Below are positions 51,350 to 61,360 of a stretch of 64,000 nucleotides of DNA, piece after piece (positions within the stretch are counted from its first letter, which is position 1; every line of letters starts with the position of its first letter). Source of the stretch: an uncultured cyanobacterium (lineage in GTDB: Bacteria > Cyanobacteriota > Cyanobacteriia > Cyanobacteriales > CAWCAG01); contig CAWCAG010000007.1 in NCBI GenBank assembly GCA_963793425.1, positions 768,001 through 832,000 on the forward strand, given 5' to 3'. The notes below the pieces were generated by a model. The model was not told where the DNA came from and did not search any database. It was given only the letters and a program-made list of their open reading frames with translations. The position numbers and the translations under genes were made by a program.

Positions 51350-51392
51350 AGCGAAGGGCTTTTGATTTTTAGATCCGAAGAAATATTATCAC

Positions 51393-51456
51393 GTAAGGGC
51401 GGGTTTTAAGTTAAATTGTGAGATTAACATTAAACTAAATAAACCCGCCCCAATAC
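51393..51456. repeat. REP-like palindrome
   Basis: GTAAGGGCGGGTTT ... AAACCCGCCCCAATAC. Confidence 0.6.
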
Positions 51457-51500
51457 ACAAATTTAGCTGGGCTACGTTACTTGAGAGGGTAATTTGTGTT

Positions 51501-51700
51501 TTGACATCCTCCCCGACCTAGAAGGTACGGGGATTCCAATTTAGAACAATTCTAACTGGATAGTTGACGTTTCATAGGTTGCTGCTACAGTTGTAGTCTT
51601 ACACCTGCCTCCACGTCCGTTTCTTGCTCCGCGTTCCCTTGCGCCTTTCGGCGGCGCGGGTTCGGTGCGCTTTAAAGTCTCAGGGTGTCCCCCCGCGACT
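51501..51700 (-). ncRNA. Predicted TnpB omega (right-end) RNA scaffold; guide predicted from the flank 51481-51500
   Basis: Positional inference from known TnpB systems; 5' boundary is approximate. Confidence 0.5.
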
Positions 51701-52824
51701 TTGATATTTACAGCAGCGTTAACATCTCTGTCATGAACTGCACCGCAGTTCAAGCAAGTCCATTCTCTAATAGAGAGTTCCTGCTTACCACCTCTGAAAC
51801 CACAACAAGAGCAAGTTTGTGATGTTGGTTCCCATCTATCAATTACCCTAAATTCTCTACCATACATTACTGATTTAGCTTCTAGCATCGTTCTAAAACT
51901 ACGCCAACCTAAATCACTAATTGCACGGGACAACTTACGGTTTCGGAGCATTCCCGATACGTTTAAATCTTCTAAGATTATCGTTTGGTTTTCACGAATT
52001 ATCTTAGTTGACAGCTTGTGCAAGAAGTCGTTTCTAGTATCTTTAATTTTGACGTAAAGTTTAGCTACTCTTTTTCTGACTTTTTCTCGTCTCTTACTAC
52101 CTTTCGTCTTTCTGGCAAGGTTACGTTGTAGTTTTCTGAGCTTCTTTAGTTTCTTTTTTAAGGGTTTTGGGGCTTTGATTTTCTCTCCGCTACTCAATGT
52201 GGCAAAGTCGGTTATTCCTAAGTCTATTCCTACGCTTGAATCGCATTTAGGTAAGTTTTGTGGTTGTATTTCAACTACGAAGCTTATGAAGTACCTATCA
52301 GCACTATCTTTGATTACTGTTAGAGATGTAGGAGTTGAGGGAAGTTCTCTTGAGAGTATAGGGTTAATGTTACCAATTTTAGCTAGGTAAACTTGTTGCC
52401 CTTCCATTCAGAAGGCTGATTTGGCAAATGCTGCACTTTGTTGATTACTTCGCTTTTTAAACCTTGGTGGTTTGACTTTCTTGCCTTTCCTTTTACCTTT
52501 ACATGAGTTGAAGAAGCGGATGCGACCCCGCGTCGGCGAAAGACGCAAGGGAACGCGCACCAAGCAGTTTCTGTAGGCTTTGGCTAGGTTTCTTAAGGTT
52601 TGCTGTAAGGGGACTGCTGATACATCTCTTAGCCACATTCTTTCTTCACTCTTCTTGGCTATGGTTAACAAGCTAGATAGTTTGTTGTAGCTTAATGCTT
52701 TGCCTGCACTTTGGCATCGTGCCAGAGCATCATTCCAGACGATGCGGATACAGCCAAACAGTTGAGCTAGTTTTGTTTTCTGCTCCTTTGTTGGGTAAAA
52801 TCTGTATCTGTATCTAGCTTTCAT
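51541..52824 (-). pseudogene. tnpB: RNA-guided endonuclease TnpB interrupted by an in-frame TGA (52408-52410) and two 51-nt insertions
   Basis: YRYRFYPT..Q..L...FGC.R.VWN; RuvC GIDLG, LEDL, DRDVNAA; CSCC/CLNC zinc finger; both ORF halves lie in the same frame. Confidence 0.9.
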
Positions 52825-53190
52825 GTTGGTTGCAACAGTTGCTATTGGCAAATTATGTTTATTGTACCTGAAAAAATTAACTAATCCGCCCTAAAACGGC
52901 GGGGTTTTAAACCTTTTTTTGTTTTGATAATTATCTCATCCAAGTAAAAGTTAATCTAGTTTCAAAAAAAATATTCTGTTGGAGTGGGGCTGGGAGCTTT
53001 CTTTAAATTAATCAAGAAGGTAAACACTTAACCTGGAAACTTTTATATAATAATTCGGTACTTACATAGCTATAACTTATTAGCTGCTAACTCAATGAAT
53101 TGCAACCTTTACGTATTTTCCTTAGTCATCAGCTATTAATAATAGTAATTTGCGCCTGTCCCCTAATTTGGAAAATAACCAAGGAAAACT

Positions 53191-53709
53191 ATGAAGCTAA
53201 ATATATTCTCTGCTTCTTTAATCGCTACGGTATTTTCTCTGGTTGCCACACAAGCACAAGCCGCCGAGAAAGTAATCTTGAAATATCGCTTTCTTCGCGA
53301 ATCTATTTCTGTACCAGAATTGACTACCTTCGCAGAAACCGGAGAACTTTCTTCTTCTCTCAATGCTTATCTTGGTCTGGCAAATAAGGAACCTGATGAT
53401 TTAGAAGAAGCCTTAACCAAAGAAGTTAAAGTTAATGCTATCCTGCTATCAAAAATCCTTAACACCACACCAGGGGAAATGATTCTTGATCAATTGAGTG
53501 AAGTAATTCATACTCCTACCCAAAGGGCAAGTCGCCAATCTTTGAGGAGCGCTTTAGTGAAATCTGCTCTACCCGATGGCAAGATTACTTTACTTGAAGT
53601 ATTGCAAAATTACCCTACTCAAGATGTGATTGTTGAAGGAGAGCGTTTAGCTGAAGCCCTAGCCAAAATTGAACAGTTGACAGGACTAATTCCTAATATC
53701 CGCTTCTAA
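53191..53709 (+). CDS. DUF1400 (alpha/beta hydrolase-associated) exported protein
   Basis: AQAAEKV.L.Y, S.SV.EL..FAETGE, LRSALV.SA..DGKITLLEVLQNYPT. Confidence 0.85.
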   Translation: MKLNIFSASLIATVFSLVATQAQAAEKVILKYRFLRESISVPELTTFAETGELSSSLNAYLGLANKEPDDLEEALTKEVKVNAILLSKILNTTPGEMILDQLSEVIHTPTQRASRQSLRSALVKSALPDGKITLLEVLQNYPTQDVIVEGERLAEALAKIEQLTGLIPNIRF

Positions 53710-53714
53710 TTTGT

Positions 53715-53921
53715 TTAGTAAGCTAAAGTCTCTAAAGTTTCTCGTAAATAGGAACGAACTTGAACATCAAGACTTTCCTTTTCTAGTTCTTGGTTATTAA
53801 CAAGCTGTTCGGTGCGCCAACGTTTAAATCCAGAACTATTAGCGATCGCTTGCTTGAGATTTTCCCAAACTTCACTATCCTGGGAAAATGAATCGGAAGA
53901 TGCAACAGATGAACTTAGCAT
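53715..53921 (-). CDS. Conserved cyanobacterial small hypothetical protein
   Basis: W..LK.AIA.SSGF.RW and V..YLRETLETLAY. Confidence 0.75.
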   Translation of the reverse strand: MLSSSVASSDSFSQDSEVWENLKQAIANSSGFKRWRTEQLVNNQELEKESLDVQVRSYLRETLETLAY

Positions 53922-54106
53922 TTTATATTTTTAACTAATAACCAGCAATTATTACTTCTAGGATAACTTAACGAAGCCTGATAGTGCATACCATGAATTA
54001 CGCAATTGAATTAATTAAAGATTTGCATAATTTATTTCAACAACTGTGAGGCATTGCTGTTAATTAATTTCATAACTAAGAAAACTTTTATTTGCTGTAT
54101 AACAGC

Positions 54107-54733
54107 TTACAAAACTCCTTTGGAGCTAGGAATTTGTGCCGCACGACGGGGATCAATTTCTAAAGCCATACGGGTAGCCCTAGCAAAAGCTTTAAAAGTT
54201 GCTTCAATAATATGATGAGAATTAACCCCATCTAACTGGCGAATATGAAGAGTCATTTGCGAGTGGTTAACAATAGCTACAAAAAACTCCCTCACCAACT
54301 GGGTATCGTAACTTCCTACCCTTTGAGTAGGAATTGATAATCCGTAACTTAAATGAGGTCGTCCCGAAAAATCTAGGGTAACTTGAATTAAGGCCTCATC
54401 AAGGGGGGCAAGGAAATGACCAAAACGATGAATTCCCTTGCGATCGCCTAAAGCCTTAGCTAAAGCTTGACCCAAAGTTATGCCCACATCTTCGTTGGTA
54501 TGGTGGTCATCTATTTCTAAATCTCCTTGGGCTTTTACTTCTAAGTCAATTAACCCGTGGGAAGAAATTTGCTGCAACATATGGTCAAGGAAAGGAACAC
54601 CCGTTGCAACCTGGCATTTTCCTGTACCATCTAAATTTAAAGAAACTTCCACATCTGTCTCTTTAGTTGTACGCCGCACCGAAGCTGTACGGGAAAAGTT
54701 AGTTTGGCTAATTTGGCGATCGCTTAATTGCAT
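54107..54733 (-). CDS. hisB: Imidazoleglycerol-phosphate dehydratase
   Basis: [45 protein letters not shown]. Confidence 0.97.
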   Translation of the reverse strand: MQLSDRQISQTNFSRTASVRRTTKETDVEVSLNLDGTGKCQVATGVPFLDHMLQQISSHGLIDLEVKAQGDLEIDDHHTNEDVGITLGQALAKALGDRKGIHRFGHFLAPLDEALIQVTLDFSGRPHLSYGLSIPTQRVGSYDTQLVREFFVAIVNHSQMTLHIRQLDGVNSHHIIEATFKAFARATRMALEIDPRRAAQIPSSKGVL

Positions 54734-54764
54734 TACTTATTACTTATTACTTATTACTTAAAAT

Positions 54765-55541
54765 TCACATTCCCATAATTTCATAACCAGCATCAACATA
54801 AAGAGTTTGCCCGGTAATACCGCTAGAAAGGTCACTGCATAAAAAAGCAGCAGCATTGCCTACTTCTAATTGGGTTACAGTACGACGTAGAGGTGCAACT
54901 TCTTCGACATGGTGAATCATATCCATGATGCCCCCTACAGCCGAAGAAGCTAAAGTACGAATTGGCCCTGCGGAGATAGCATTGACGCGAATATTGCTTT
55001 GTCCCAATTCTGAAGCGAGGTAGCGAACATTCATCTCTAAAGCTGCTTTAGCAATACCCATCACGTTGTAGTTAGGAACAACTTTAACCCCACCTAAATA
55101 AGTTAAAGTAACAATGCTACCTCCATCACTCATTAAAGGTTTAACCGCATTAGCAAGGCGAATCAAAGAATAGGCACTGATATCTAAGGCTTTAGTAAAA
55201 CCGTCCCTAGAAGTACCAACAAACTCCCCTGACAAATCTTCTTTGTTAGCAAAAGCAAGACAGTGAATTAAAATATCCACCTTGCCCCACTTCTCCTCAA
55301 GCGCCCTAGAAAACTCTTCAATCAGCGCTTCATCTTGAACATCTAAAGGAAGAACTATACTAGGATTAAGAGGCTCAACTAAGTCTTTAACTTTCTTCTC
55401 AAAACGACCTTTAGGATCTGGTAAATAATTAACCCCCAACTCTGCCCCGGCCTTGTGCAATTGCTGAGCAATTCCCCAAGCTATGGAACGGTTGTTGGCA
55501 ATACCTGTTACAAAAGCTTTTTTGCCTGCTAAATTTAACAT
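54765..55541 (-). CDS. fabI: Enoyl-ACP reductase (NADH)
   Basis: GIANNRSIAWGIA, YNVMGIAKAALE, SAGPIRTLA. Confidence 0.97.
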   Translation of the reverse strand: MLNLAGKKAFVTGIANNRSIAWGIAQQLHKAGAELGVNYLPDPKGRFEKKVKDLVEPLNPSIVLPLDVQDEALIEEFSRALEEKWGKVDILIHCLAFANKEDLSGEFVGTSRDGFTKALDISAYSLIRLANAVKPLMSDGGSIVTLTYLGGVKVVPNYNVMGIAKAALEMNVRYLASELGQSNIRVNAISAGPIRTLASSAVGGIMDMIHHVEEVAPLRRTVTQLEVGNAAAFLCSDLSSGITGQTLYVDAGYEIMGM

Positions 55542-55887
55542 AATTCTTTACTTAGAAATTTTTTCCCCGACTAAGGAGTATATCTTGATTACCAACTCGA
55601 AACCAAACTATGCAAAAACAGTATAAGCTTACTCAATAATCTTGCTTCGTTGCTGGTTTTTTCGCCTTGGTGTCGTATCATGAATCTGAAGTAATTTTTC
55701 TAGAGCTAATCTCTAGAGAAATTACCTAATTAAAGCTCAAAGTACTATTTCTATTTGTTGTAGAATGTTTGTACTAAAAAAAGACTGTCAACCTCTACGG
55801 TTTAGACTATAAAGTCAGGTTTTAACTGGCTTTTAGGCTCACCGACAACTCAAGCAAGCTCAATTTCGCTATTTATTTAAGAATATA

Positions 55888-56565
55888 ATGGAACTGTCCG
55901 TGACCCAAGATCAACCCCTAGCAGATGTATTTCGCCTAATTGGGGGTGAAGCATTTCCGCCAGTGGTAGAAACCTTTGAACGGGGCAAAACCATCTTTTT
56001 CCCTGGCGATCCAGCAGAGAGAGTCTATTTTCTTTTGAAAGGGGCTGTTAAGCTCTCAAGAGTGTATGAAGCAGGAGAAGAGATTACTGTTGCCCTACTG
56101 CGAGAGAATAGTGTTTTTGGTGTACTCTCTTTAATTACCGGTCAACGTTCTGATCGTTTTTATCACTCCGTTGCCTTCACTCCCGTAGAACTACTTTCTG
56201 CCCCCATAGAACAAGTAGAACAATCATTAAAGGAAAATCCTGAACTTTCTCGGTTGATGTTGCGAGGACTCTCTTCTCGTATCTTGCAAACAGAGATGAT
56301 GATTGAAACCTTAGCACATCGAGATATGGGTTCTCGGTTAGTAAGTTTCTTGCTGATACTCTGTCGAGATTTTGGTGTACCTACCAACGATGGTATTAGA
56401 ATCGATTTAAAATTATCTCACCAGGCGATCGCCGAAGCAATTGGTTCAACCAGAGTAACTGTAACTCGCCTTTTAGGGGACTTACGCCAAGAAGAAATGA
56501 TTTCTATTCACAAGAAAAAGATTACCGTTCACAACCCTGTTGCCCTAAGCCAACAATTTACCTAA
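55888..56565 (+). CDS. ntcA: Global nitrogen regulator NtcA (CRP family)
   Basis: [67 protein letters not shown]. Confidence 0.98.
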   Translation: MELSVTQDQPLADVFRLIGGEAFPPVVETFERGKTIFFPGDPAERVYFLLKGAVKLSRVYEAGEEITVALLRENSVFGVLSLITGQRSDRFYHSVAFTPVELLSAPIEQVEQSLKENPELSRLMLRGLSSRILQTEMMIETLAHRDMGSRLVSFLLILCRDFGVPTNDGIRIDLKLSHQAIAEAIGSTRVTVTRLLGDLRQEEMISIHKKKITVHNPVALSQQFT

Positions 56566-56617
56566 CCATGTCAGTGCTAAGCTAACAGCAAAAGTCTCAA
56601 AAACACTGCGACCGAAC

Positions 56618-58195
56618 ATGACAAGTGCCTACATCCTAATTGCAGCAGTATTATTATTAGGAGGAATCCTAGCTGCACTGGGAGATCGCCTAGGAAGTAA
56701 AGTTGGTAAAGCGCGATTAAGGTTGTTCAATTTGCGCCCCCGCCAGACAGCAGTGGTAGTGACAGTAGCGACAGGGACTGCTATTGCTGCAACTACTTTG
56801 GGTCTTTTGTTCGCTACTAGTAAATCTTTGCGCCAAGGGATTTTTGTTCTTGATGATATTCTTCGGGATTTGAGAATGGCTCAAGCAGAGTTAGCTAGTA
56901 TTCGTGAAGAGAAAACGAATGTCGAAAAAGCCCTCAAATCAGACCAGATTAAGCGAGCAGCCGTTCAGAATCGTCTCAGGAGAAGTGATGAGAGTTTTAA
57001 AGAAGCTCAGAAACAAGTTAAAGATATTTCTCAGCAAGCTGCCACCCTCAGAAATGAAATCAAAAAACTAGCAACAGAGCGTCAAAAGTTAGTTAGGCAA
57101 AGTCAACAACTGACAGAAGAAATAGCTGATTTTAGAACACGGCTTGAACAAAGTGATAGGGAATTAGCTCAGAAAGATCAAGACATAGCTCAAAAAAACC
57201 AAGATTTAATTGGATTACGCCAAGAACGTCAGAGAATCTTAGATGACAATAACGCCATACAAGAAGAATTAAATTCCTCGCAACAAAAAATAGATTCTTC
57301 CCAACAAGATATAGCTAGATTACTTCAAGAGCGTCAGAGAATCTTAGATGACAAAAATACCATACAACAAGAATTAGTTTCCTCGCAACAAAGATTGAAT
57401 TCCTCGCAACAAGAAATAGCTCAAAGAGACAAAATAATTGCAGAATTAGACCAAGCGATCGCCTCGCGAGATGATACCCTGCGAGAGCGCAAAATAAGAT
57501 TGGAAGAGTTAAGAGCGCAAATTGAAATATCTGAAGAAAATTACTTGGCCCTGCGTCAAGGTAATGTTGCGATCGCTAGAGGTCAAACTTTAGCATTTGG
57601 AGTCGTACGCATTGTTGATCCCCAAAGTGCCAGTGAAGCGGTTGAACAGTTACTAAGACAAGCTAATCGTAATGCTATTCAAATTACTAATCCTGGTAAC
57701 AATGGACTTGGTAGCGAAAGAGTGGTACAAATTCCTCAGATTCAAGTCGATAATATCATTGAAACTATCCAAGATGGTCAAGATTACGTTATTCGCCTAG
57801 TGTCAGCAGAAAATTATATTCAAGGAGAGCAACAGGTACAGGTTTTTGCAGATATTGCTATCAATGAAGAAATTTTTGTTTCAGAAGAAGTTGTGGCGAA
57901 AGTACCAATTAATCCCCGCACAATGTCAGAGCAAGAAATAGAAAAACGCTTAGACTTGCTATTAACTCAATCCCAAACTCGCGCCCGTGGTGCAGGTCTT
58001 CTGGGTAAAATTCAAGTAGAAGATGGTAATATTATTACCTTAATTAATTTTGTTGAACAACTTAAAGAAGAAGACCAACCTATAGAAGAAATTGTCGCTG
58101 TTGCTTCAGGGTTAACCTATTCTTCTGGACCTCTCATTTTGCGTTTAGTTGCTCTCCAAGACGGTAAGATCATTTTTGCTTCTTCAGATGCGTGA
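56618..58195 (+). CDS. DUF3084 coiled-coil membrane protein
   Basis: GG.LA.LGDRLGSKVGKARLRLFNLRPRQTA; long coiled coil; located downstream of ntcA. Confidence 0.85.
   Translation: MTSAYILIAAVLLLGGILAALGDRLGSKVGKARLRLFNLRPRQTAVVVTVATGTAIAATTLGLLFATSKSLRQGIFVLDDILRDLRMAQAELASIREEKTNVEKALKSDQIKRAAVQNRLRRSDESFKEAQKQVKDISQQAATLRNEIKKLATERQKLVRQSQQLTEEIADFRTRLEQSDRELAQKDQDIAQKNQDLIGLRQERQRILDDNNAIQEELNSSQQKIDSSQQDIARLLQERQRILDDKNTIQQELVSSQQRLNSSQQEIAQRDKIIAELDQAIASRDDTLRERKIRLEELRAQIEISEENYLALRQGNVAIARGQTLAFGVVRIVDPQSASEAVEQLLRQANRNAIQITNPGNNGLGSERVVQIPQIQVDNIIETIQDGQDYVIRLVSAENYIQGEQQVQVFADIAINEEIFVSEEVVAKVPINPRTMSEQEIEKRLDLLLTQSQTRARGAGLLGKIQVEDGNIITLINFVEQLKEEDQPIEEIVAVASGLTYSSGPLILRLVALQDGKIIFASSDA
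57200..57409 (+). repeat. 105-nt (35-aa) tandem duplication in the DUF3084 coiled coil
   Basis: QD...L.QERQRILDD.N.IQ.EL.SSQQ...SSQ occurs twice, starting at 57200 and 57305. Confidence 0.85.
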
Positions 58196-58201
58196 TAGCA
58201 T

Positions 58202-59068
58202 ATGCCAGAAAAACCTTCTCGGTGGAAAAACTTCTCTTTTAATTGGGGAGACTTGTATCACTACCTACTAGTCATCACCTGGAAACAATTCTTTTTCTTG
58301 ACTACCTGCATCTATTTAATTACTAATGTCTTATTTGCTCTAGCTTACTTAATACAGAAAAATGCCATAGAAAATGCTCGCCCCGGTTCCTTTATTGATG
58401 CTTTTTCTTTTAGTGTTCAAACTATGGCTACCATAGGCTATGGAGCCATGTATCCTCGCACTATCTATGCTCATATTTTAGTAGCTATTGAAGTATTTCT
58501 CGGACTACTAGGAGTAGCTATGGCAACAGGATTAATGTTGGCTCGTTTTTCTAAACCCACTGCCAGAATACTATTTAGTAAAGTAGCTGTTATCTCTTCT
58601 TATAATGGCATTCCTACTTTGATGTTTCGTAGCGCTAACCAACGCAATAACTTTATTGTCCAAGCACAAGTTCAAGTAAGTTTTTTGCGCTCAGAAATTT
58701 CTCAGGAAGGACATCAAATGCGTCGCTTTCATAATCTTAATTTATTGCGATCACAAACACCTATTTTTGCTTATAGCTGGACTATCATGCACCCTATTGA
58801 CAAAAAAAGCCCTCTTTTAGGGTTAACTTCAAAAGATTTAAGCGAAACTCAGGGACAAATAATAGTTGTTATTAGTGGCTTAGATGAAACCGTTTCTCAA
58901 ACAGTCCATGCCCGACACTCTTACAATGCAGAAGATATTCGTTGGAGTGCTAGTTTTGTAGATGTCCTTTTTTGGGATGAAAGAGGGCAACCCCAAATAG
59001 ACTACTCACATTTCCATGATGTTAAACCCCTTGGGAATCATCAAAAAGGATTAGAAACTAAGGAGTAG
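58202..59068 (+). CDS. Inward-rectifier potassium channel (KirBac-like)
   Basis: FSFSVQTMATIGYG selectivity filter; ARFSKPTARILFS, PTLMFR.AN.R.N, SWTIMHPID..SPL. Confidence 0.92.
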   Translation: MPEKPSRWKNFSFNWGDLYHYLLVITWKQFFFLTTCIYLITNVLFALAYLIQKNAIENARPGSFIDAFSFSVQTMATIGYGAMYPRTIYAHILVAIEVFLGLLGVAMATGLMLARFSKPTARILFSKVAVISSYNGIPTLMFRSANQRNNFIVQAQVQVSFLRSEISQEGHQMRRFHNLNLLRSQTPIFAYSWTIMHPIDKKSPLLGLTSKDLSETQGQIIVVISGLDETVSQTVHARHSYNAEDIRWSASFVDVLFWDERGQPQIDYSHFHDVKPLGNHQKGLETKE

Positions 59069-59121
59069 AAGTTGTTTTTACTCCTTAGCAATCTCAAATA
59101 ACAATTAGCCATTAGCCAAAC

Positions 59122-60216
59122 TCAAGAAAGAGTCAAAGTCGGCGACTCAATTTTGTGAGAATTCCAGTCTTGATGCTCCCAAACTTGCCCATCAAGGGCC
59201 ATTTGCTCCACCAAGCTAGCTAAACGCAAAGCTTTGAGGGCTTGCTCTCCTCCTACAGAAGGTGGATTGCCCCCTCGCACACAACCAACAAAATGTTCTA
59301 ATTCTGCGTGTAAAGGCTCAATGTTACTTGTGTAAACTTTCTCAATTAATCCATCTTGACGATACAAAACTTGGCCATAATCCGTAGAGCAGTTGGCTAT
59401 GGTTTGACGATGAATTAGAATTTCATTATTGAGAAAATCTGCTTCTGTAAGAGAATTTTTACAGTGGGCAGCGATGCGACGAATCTTACGGTGGGTAACT
59501 TTGCTAGCGGTTAGAGTAGCAACCATACCATTGGCAAAGCCTAAAGTTGCAGTCACATAATCCAAATAGCCAGAATCAGAAGCGCTACTACCGCTTGCTG
59601 TTAACTTCAATACAGGAGCCGCTACTAATTCTAAGATTAAATCAATATCGTGGATCATCAAATCCAAAACCACAGAAACATCATTAGCCCGGTTGGAATA
59701 GGGACTCATCCTGTGAGATTCCAAGGCAAGTAATTCCTCTGTTTTAAGAACTTTACTTAGTTCCTGAAAAGCGGGATTAAACCTTTCTATGTGTCCTACT
59801 TGTAAGATGGTTTTTGACTCTGCTGCTGCATTTACTAAAGACTCAGCTTCAGTAATAGAAGCAGCAATAGGTTTCTCGATTAAAACGTGAACGCCAGCTT
59901 TTAAACAAGCCATGCCAACTCGATGGTGCAAGCGAGTTGGGACAGCAATACAAACGGCATGAACATGGGGTAAAAGCTCAAGATAGTTCTCAAAAAAACG
60001 GGCTCTATATTTACTAGCAATATCTAGACCCCGTTCAACATTAATATCTGATATTCCTACCAATTCTACATCTTTGAGCAGACTAAGAATGCGGGCGTGA
60101 TGCTGCCCCATATTACCTACGCCAATAACGCCTATACGTAGCGTTTGTGGCTGCTGAGGCCGCTTTATCTTCACGTTTTCTCCATCTGACATACTTTTAT
60201 TACACTCCTCTAACAT
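59122..60216 (-). CDS. Gfo/Idh/MocA family oxidoreductase
   Basis: IGVIGVGNMG, HVLIEKP, QVGHIERFNP, DLMIHDID; start uncertain. Confidence 0.9.
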   Translation of the reverse strand: MLEECNKSMSDGENVKIKRPQQPQTLRIGVIGVGNMGQHHARILSLLKDVELVGISDINVERGLDIASKYRARFFENYLELLPHVHAVCIAVPTRLHHRVGMACLKAGVHVLIEKPIAASITEAESLVNAAAESKTILQVGHIERFNPAFQELSKVLKTEELLALESHRMSPYSNRANDVSVVLDLMIHDIDLILELVAAPVLKLTASGSSASDSGYLDYVTATLGFANGMVATLTASKVTHRKIRRIAAHCKNSLTEADFLNNEILIHRQTIANCSTDYGQVLYRQDGLIEKVYTSNIEPLHAELEHFVGCVRGGNPPSVGGEQALKALRLASLVEQMALDGQVWEHQDWNSHKIESPTLTLS

Positions 60217-60533
60217 CTCACCACTAGAATTAAATTGATGAAATCCTTGAACCTCATAAAACCATCCAGATAGTACCACAGCATATCAAAATGTAAAGAA
60301 GTTCAAAGTTTCGTCTGCTGTCACTATACAAAGATTTTCTAGAAGTAGAATTTTTTTTCTGCCTACATTGTCGAAGAGCCAGTAGATAATAAAAAGCTCC
60401 ATGTGGCAGTTTTCTTGCCGTCCATCCTTTAAAGTTTTGTAAACATCATAAGTGGGGAGTAGGGAGTGGGGAGTAGGGTTTAATTAGTAAGAGATACAAT
60501 GGTCGGGAGGGGTAAGGGGTAAAGGAGAAAATC

Positions 60534-61220
60534 ATGTCTGGAAAAGCGGTTATATTACTATCGGGGGGATTGGACTCTTCAACGGTTTTATACCAAGCCC
60601 GTGCAGATGGCTATGAGTGTTACACCATTGCTTTTGATTACCAACAAAGACACCGAAGAGAATTAGCCGCAGCAGAGGCGATCGCAACTTCTGGAGGTGC
60701 AATTCAACATCAAGTAGTAAGTTTTGATTTGCGCCAGTGGGGAGGCTCCGCTTTAACAGATAAGAAATTAGATTTACCTCAAAAACGCTCTCTGGGGGAA
60801 ATGAGCCAGGATATCCCTATTACCTATGTTCCTGCTCGGAATACCATTTTCTTGAGCTTTGCCTTGGCTTATGGAGAAACCATAGAGGCAAATCGGGTTT
60901 ATATAGGAGTTAATGCTTTAGACTATTCTGGTTATCCTGACTGTCGCCCTGATTATATTCAAGCTATGCAGGAAGTGTTTCGCTTAGGGACAAAAGCAGG
61001 TAGGCATAAAGAGGCGATCGCCATTGAAACTCCTTTAATTGATTTGAAAAAGACTGAAATTATTCAACTAGGTAATAAATTAGGTGTACCTTGGGAAAAA
61101 ACCTGGTCTTGTTACGCAGGGGGAGATGTAGCTTGTGGCTTGTGCGACTCTTGCCAACTACGTTTAGCAGCTTTCAAGGAACTAAGTTTAAGTGATCCTT
61201 TACCTTATGCAAAAATATAA
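60534..61220 (+). CDS. queC: 7-cyano-7-deazaguanine synthase
   Basis: LLSGGLDS, YVPARN.IFL, DYSGYPDCR, TWSCY..CG.CDSC..R. Confidence 0.97.
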   Translation: MSGKAVILLSGGLDSSTVLYQARADGYECYTIAFDYQQRHRRELAAAEAIATSGGAIQHQVVSFDLRQWGGSALTDKKLDLPQKRSLGEMSQDIPITYVPARNTIFLSFALAYGETIEANRVYIGVNALDYSGYPDCRPDYIQAMQEVFRLGTKAGRHKEAIAIETPLIDLKKTEIIQLGNKLGVPWEKTWSCYAGGDVACGLCDSCQLRLAAFKELSLSDPLPYAKI

Positions 61221-61229
61221 ATGATCATT

Positions 61230-61360
61230 GCTAATGGCTAGTTGCTAGTTGCTAGTTGCTAGTTGCTAATAGTTGGTCACAAATCCACCATCCAATGATA
61301 AATGTTTAATGTAGCCTACGGCAAGGCTTGCGCCAATAATGTTCAATGATAAATGTTTAA
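61230..61360. repeat. Heptamer arrays (GCTAGTT)n and (AATG[TA]T[TA])n interrupted by a short GC-rich dispersed repeat
   Basis: CAATGATAAATGTTTAA at 61293 and 61344 flanks TGTAGCCTACGGCAAGGCTTGCGCC. Confidence 0.75.

Larger units (their letters stand above)
51501..52926 (-). mobile_element. IS200/IS605-family tnpB-only element (IS1341-like)
   Basis: Left end TTAT|CAAAAC..-AAAA-CCCCGCCGTTTTAGGGCGG; right end GAAT-CCCCGTACCTTCTAGGTCGGGG-AGGATG-TCAA; tnpB inside, no tnpA. Confidence 0.88.

Noticed and set aside
55560..55887. Autoregulatory NtcA box upstream of ntcA
   Set aside because: The GTA..TAC pairs I found have 6- or 9-nt spacers, not the canonical 8
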